From: Gemmatimonadota bacterium
GTDB lineage: Bacteria; Gemmatimonadota; Gemmatimonadetes; Gemmatimonadales; GWC2-71-9
Assembly: GCA_009692115.1 (NCBI GenBank)
Contig: SHZU01000003.1
Location: forward strand, 35,079-99,078
Direction: 5' to 3'
Length of the DNA: 64,000 nucleotides
Every line of letters begins with the position of its first letter. Within the stretch, counting starts at the first letter, position 1. Made by a program: the position numbers and the translations under genes. The notes under the pieces are model-generated. The model worked only from the letters and a program-made list of their open reading frames with translations. It was not told the origin of the DNA and did not search any database. Shown here in pieces: positions 63,184 through 64,000 of this stretch.

Positions 63184-64000
63184 ATGATGAGCGATATGAA
63201 CATCCAACTACTCCATCGCGTCAGGGCGACCGCTGCTGTGGTCGCCGCCGGGTTCGGTCTCGGAGCGTGCGGCAATCTGCTCGATGTCGAGTTCCCGGGG
63301 CAGATTCCGGCAGAGAACATCAATAATCCGAGCCTCGCGCCGGTCCTGGCGCGGAGCGTCATTGGCGACCTCGAGTGCGCCTACAACAACTACTCCGCCG
63401 GCAACTCGGCCCACTCGGATGAGTGGGAGAGTTCGAACGGCAACGTGCCGGGTAGCAACTGGGGCGAACGCACCATCGGTGCGGGTGAGGACGACTATGC
63501 CCTCGGTCCCTGCGAAAACTACTCATACTTCGGCATGCCCTCGACGCTCGGGACGGCCCGGTACCAGTCCGAGGACATCTTTGCGAAGTTGTCGGCGTGG
63601 ACGGACGCCGAGGTCGCTGGGCGGGCGGGTCTGATGGCCAAGGTTCGGGCCTACGGCGCCTACTCATATCTCCTGATGGGCGAGACCTTCTGCCAAGTCG
63701 CCTTCGACGGCAAGGCGCCGGAAGCCCCGGCTGCCGCGCTCACCAAAGCGGAGGCGCAGTTCGCCGAAGCCGTCACGCTGGCCACGACGGCCGGTAATGC
63801 CGATATCGTCAACCTGGCCCGCGTCGGTTTGGCCCGGGCCAAGATGGATCTCAAGAAGTGGTCGGAAGCCGCCACCGTCGCGGCCTTGGTTCCGGTTGGT
63901 TACGAGAAAATGGCCGACCGGGGCACCGAGACCTCCCGGCGTTTCAATAAGTTTTACTACTTCATGACCGATGGCGGCTACTACACCGTGACGGCCGAGC
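63184..64000 (+). CDS. SusD/RagB-like outer-membrane lipoprotein (3' end outside window)
   Basis: My own translation: MMSDMNIQLLHRVRATAAVVAAGFGLGACGNLLDVEFPGQIP..., with a lipobox LGAC. GGAG RBS, 19 nt after the susC-like stop. Open to the window edge and not in the ORF track because no stop is reached. Confidence 0.68.
   Translation, partial: MMSDMNIQLLHRVRATAAVVAAGFGLGACGNLLDVEFPGQIPAENINNPSLAPVLARSVIGDLECAYNNYSAGNSAHSDEWESSNGNVPGSNWGERTIGAGEDDYALGPCENYSYFGMPSTLGTARYQSEDIFAKLSAWTDAEVAGRAGLMAKVRAYGAYSYLLMGETFCQVAFDGKAPEAPAAALTKAEAQFAEAVTLATTAGNADIVNLARVGLARAKMDLKKWSEAATVAALVPVGYEKMADRGTETSRRFNKFYYFMTDGGYYTVTAE

Noticed and set aside
1-64000. Search for CRISPR arrays, transposases, integrases, toxin-antitoxin pairs, restriction-modification or other defence genes, and rRNA genes.
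   Set aside because: No regularly spaced repeats, no IS-like terminal inverted repeats, and no ORF with recognisable motifs of these classes. Every sizeable ORF is accounted for by housekeeping or envelope functions.

Overview
High-GC bacterial chromosomal segment, roughly two-thirds G+C by eye. It is densely packed with about 60 CDS, one tmRNA and one tRNA, almost all housekeeping. I found no transposase, integrase, CRISPR array, prophage or recognisable defence island.

Gene order:
- folC' - hisS - proS - lysA - guaA (+)
- ptsN-like (-)
- dus - larB - corA (+)
- tmRNA (+)
- a roughly 15 kb minus-strand chain: lexA / truA - htrA - purB - purC - pssA - purS - purQ - Zn-ribbon - purL - purF - ppdK - purE - purK
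- panC remnant - yqeK-like HD - LytR_C (+)
- glycerate 2-kinase (-)
- two head-on gene fragments, then rlmN (-)
- aspS - phoH - ybeY - 2x CNNM/CorB-like - mgtE - meaB - split acyl-CoA mutase - TPR lipoprotein - acyl-CoA carboxyltransferase - S8 protease remnant - recQ (+)
- alpha/beta hydrolase (-)
- acyl-CoA dehydrogenase - RNase G - rplU - rpmA - small orphan (+)
- a secreted hypothetical protein followed by two amidohydrolases (-)
- ECF sigma - ZAS anti-sigma - Spy/CpxP-like - nfeD - floA - membrane protein - tRNA-Leu(CAA) - SusC-like - SusD-like (+, runs off the window)

I do not see a clear-cut new system such as a defence island. The observations most worth a second look are:
1. The rare Leu codon TTA sits mostly in the fixed context G-TTA-GGC.
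2. Three sharp gene-truncation scars: panC, a head-on fusion of two gene 5' halves, and an S8 protease.
3. A purine supercluster is translationally chained to ppdK, pssA, htrA, truA and a small Zn-ribbon gene wedged into purSQL.
4. An ECF sigma module lies directly upstream of an NfeD-FloA flotillin module, with a sigmaW-like promoter word.
5. An alphaproteobacterial-type GTTC-N7-GTTC candidate SOS box lies upstream of lexA.
6. A mutase that automated annotation would probably call methylmalonyl-CoA mutase carries the Phe/Gln signature of isobutyryl-CoA mutase.
7. An orphan larB is coupled to corA.

Gene content and composition fit a Gemmatimonadota- or Acidobacteriota-like soil bacterium, but taxonomy cannot be verified without a database search. 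All protein calls rest on motif recognition by eye in the supplied translations, not on searches.
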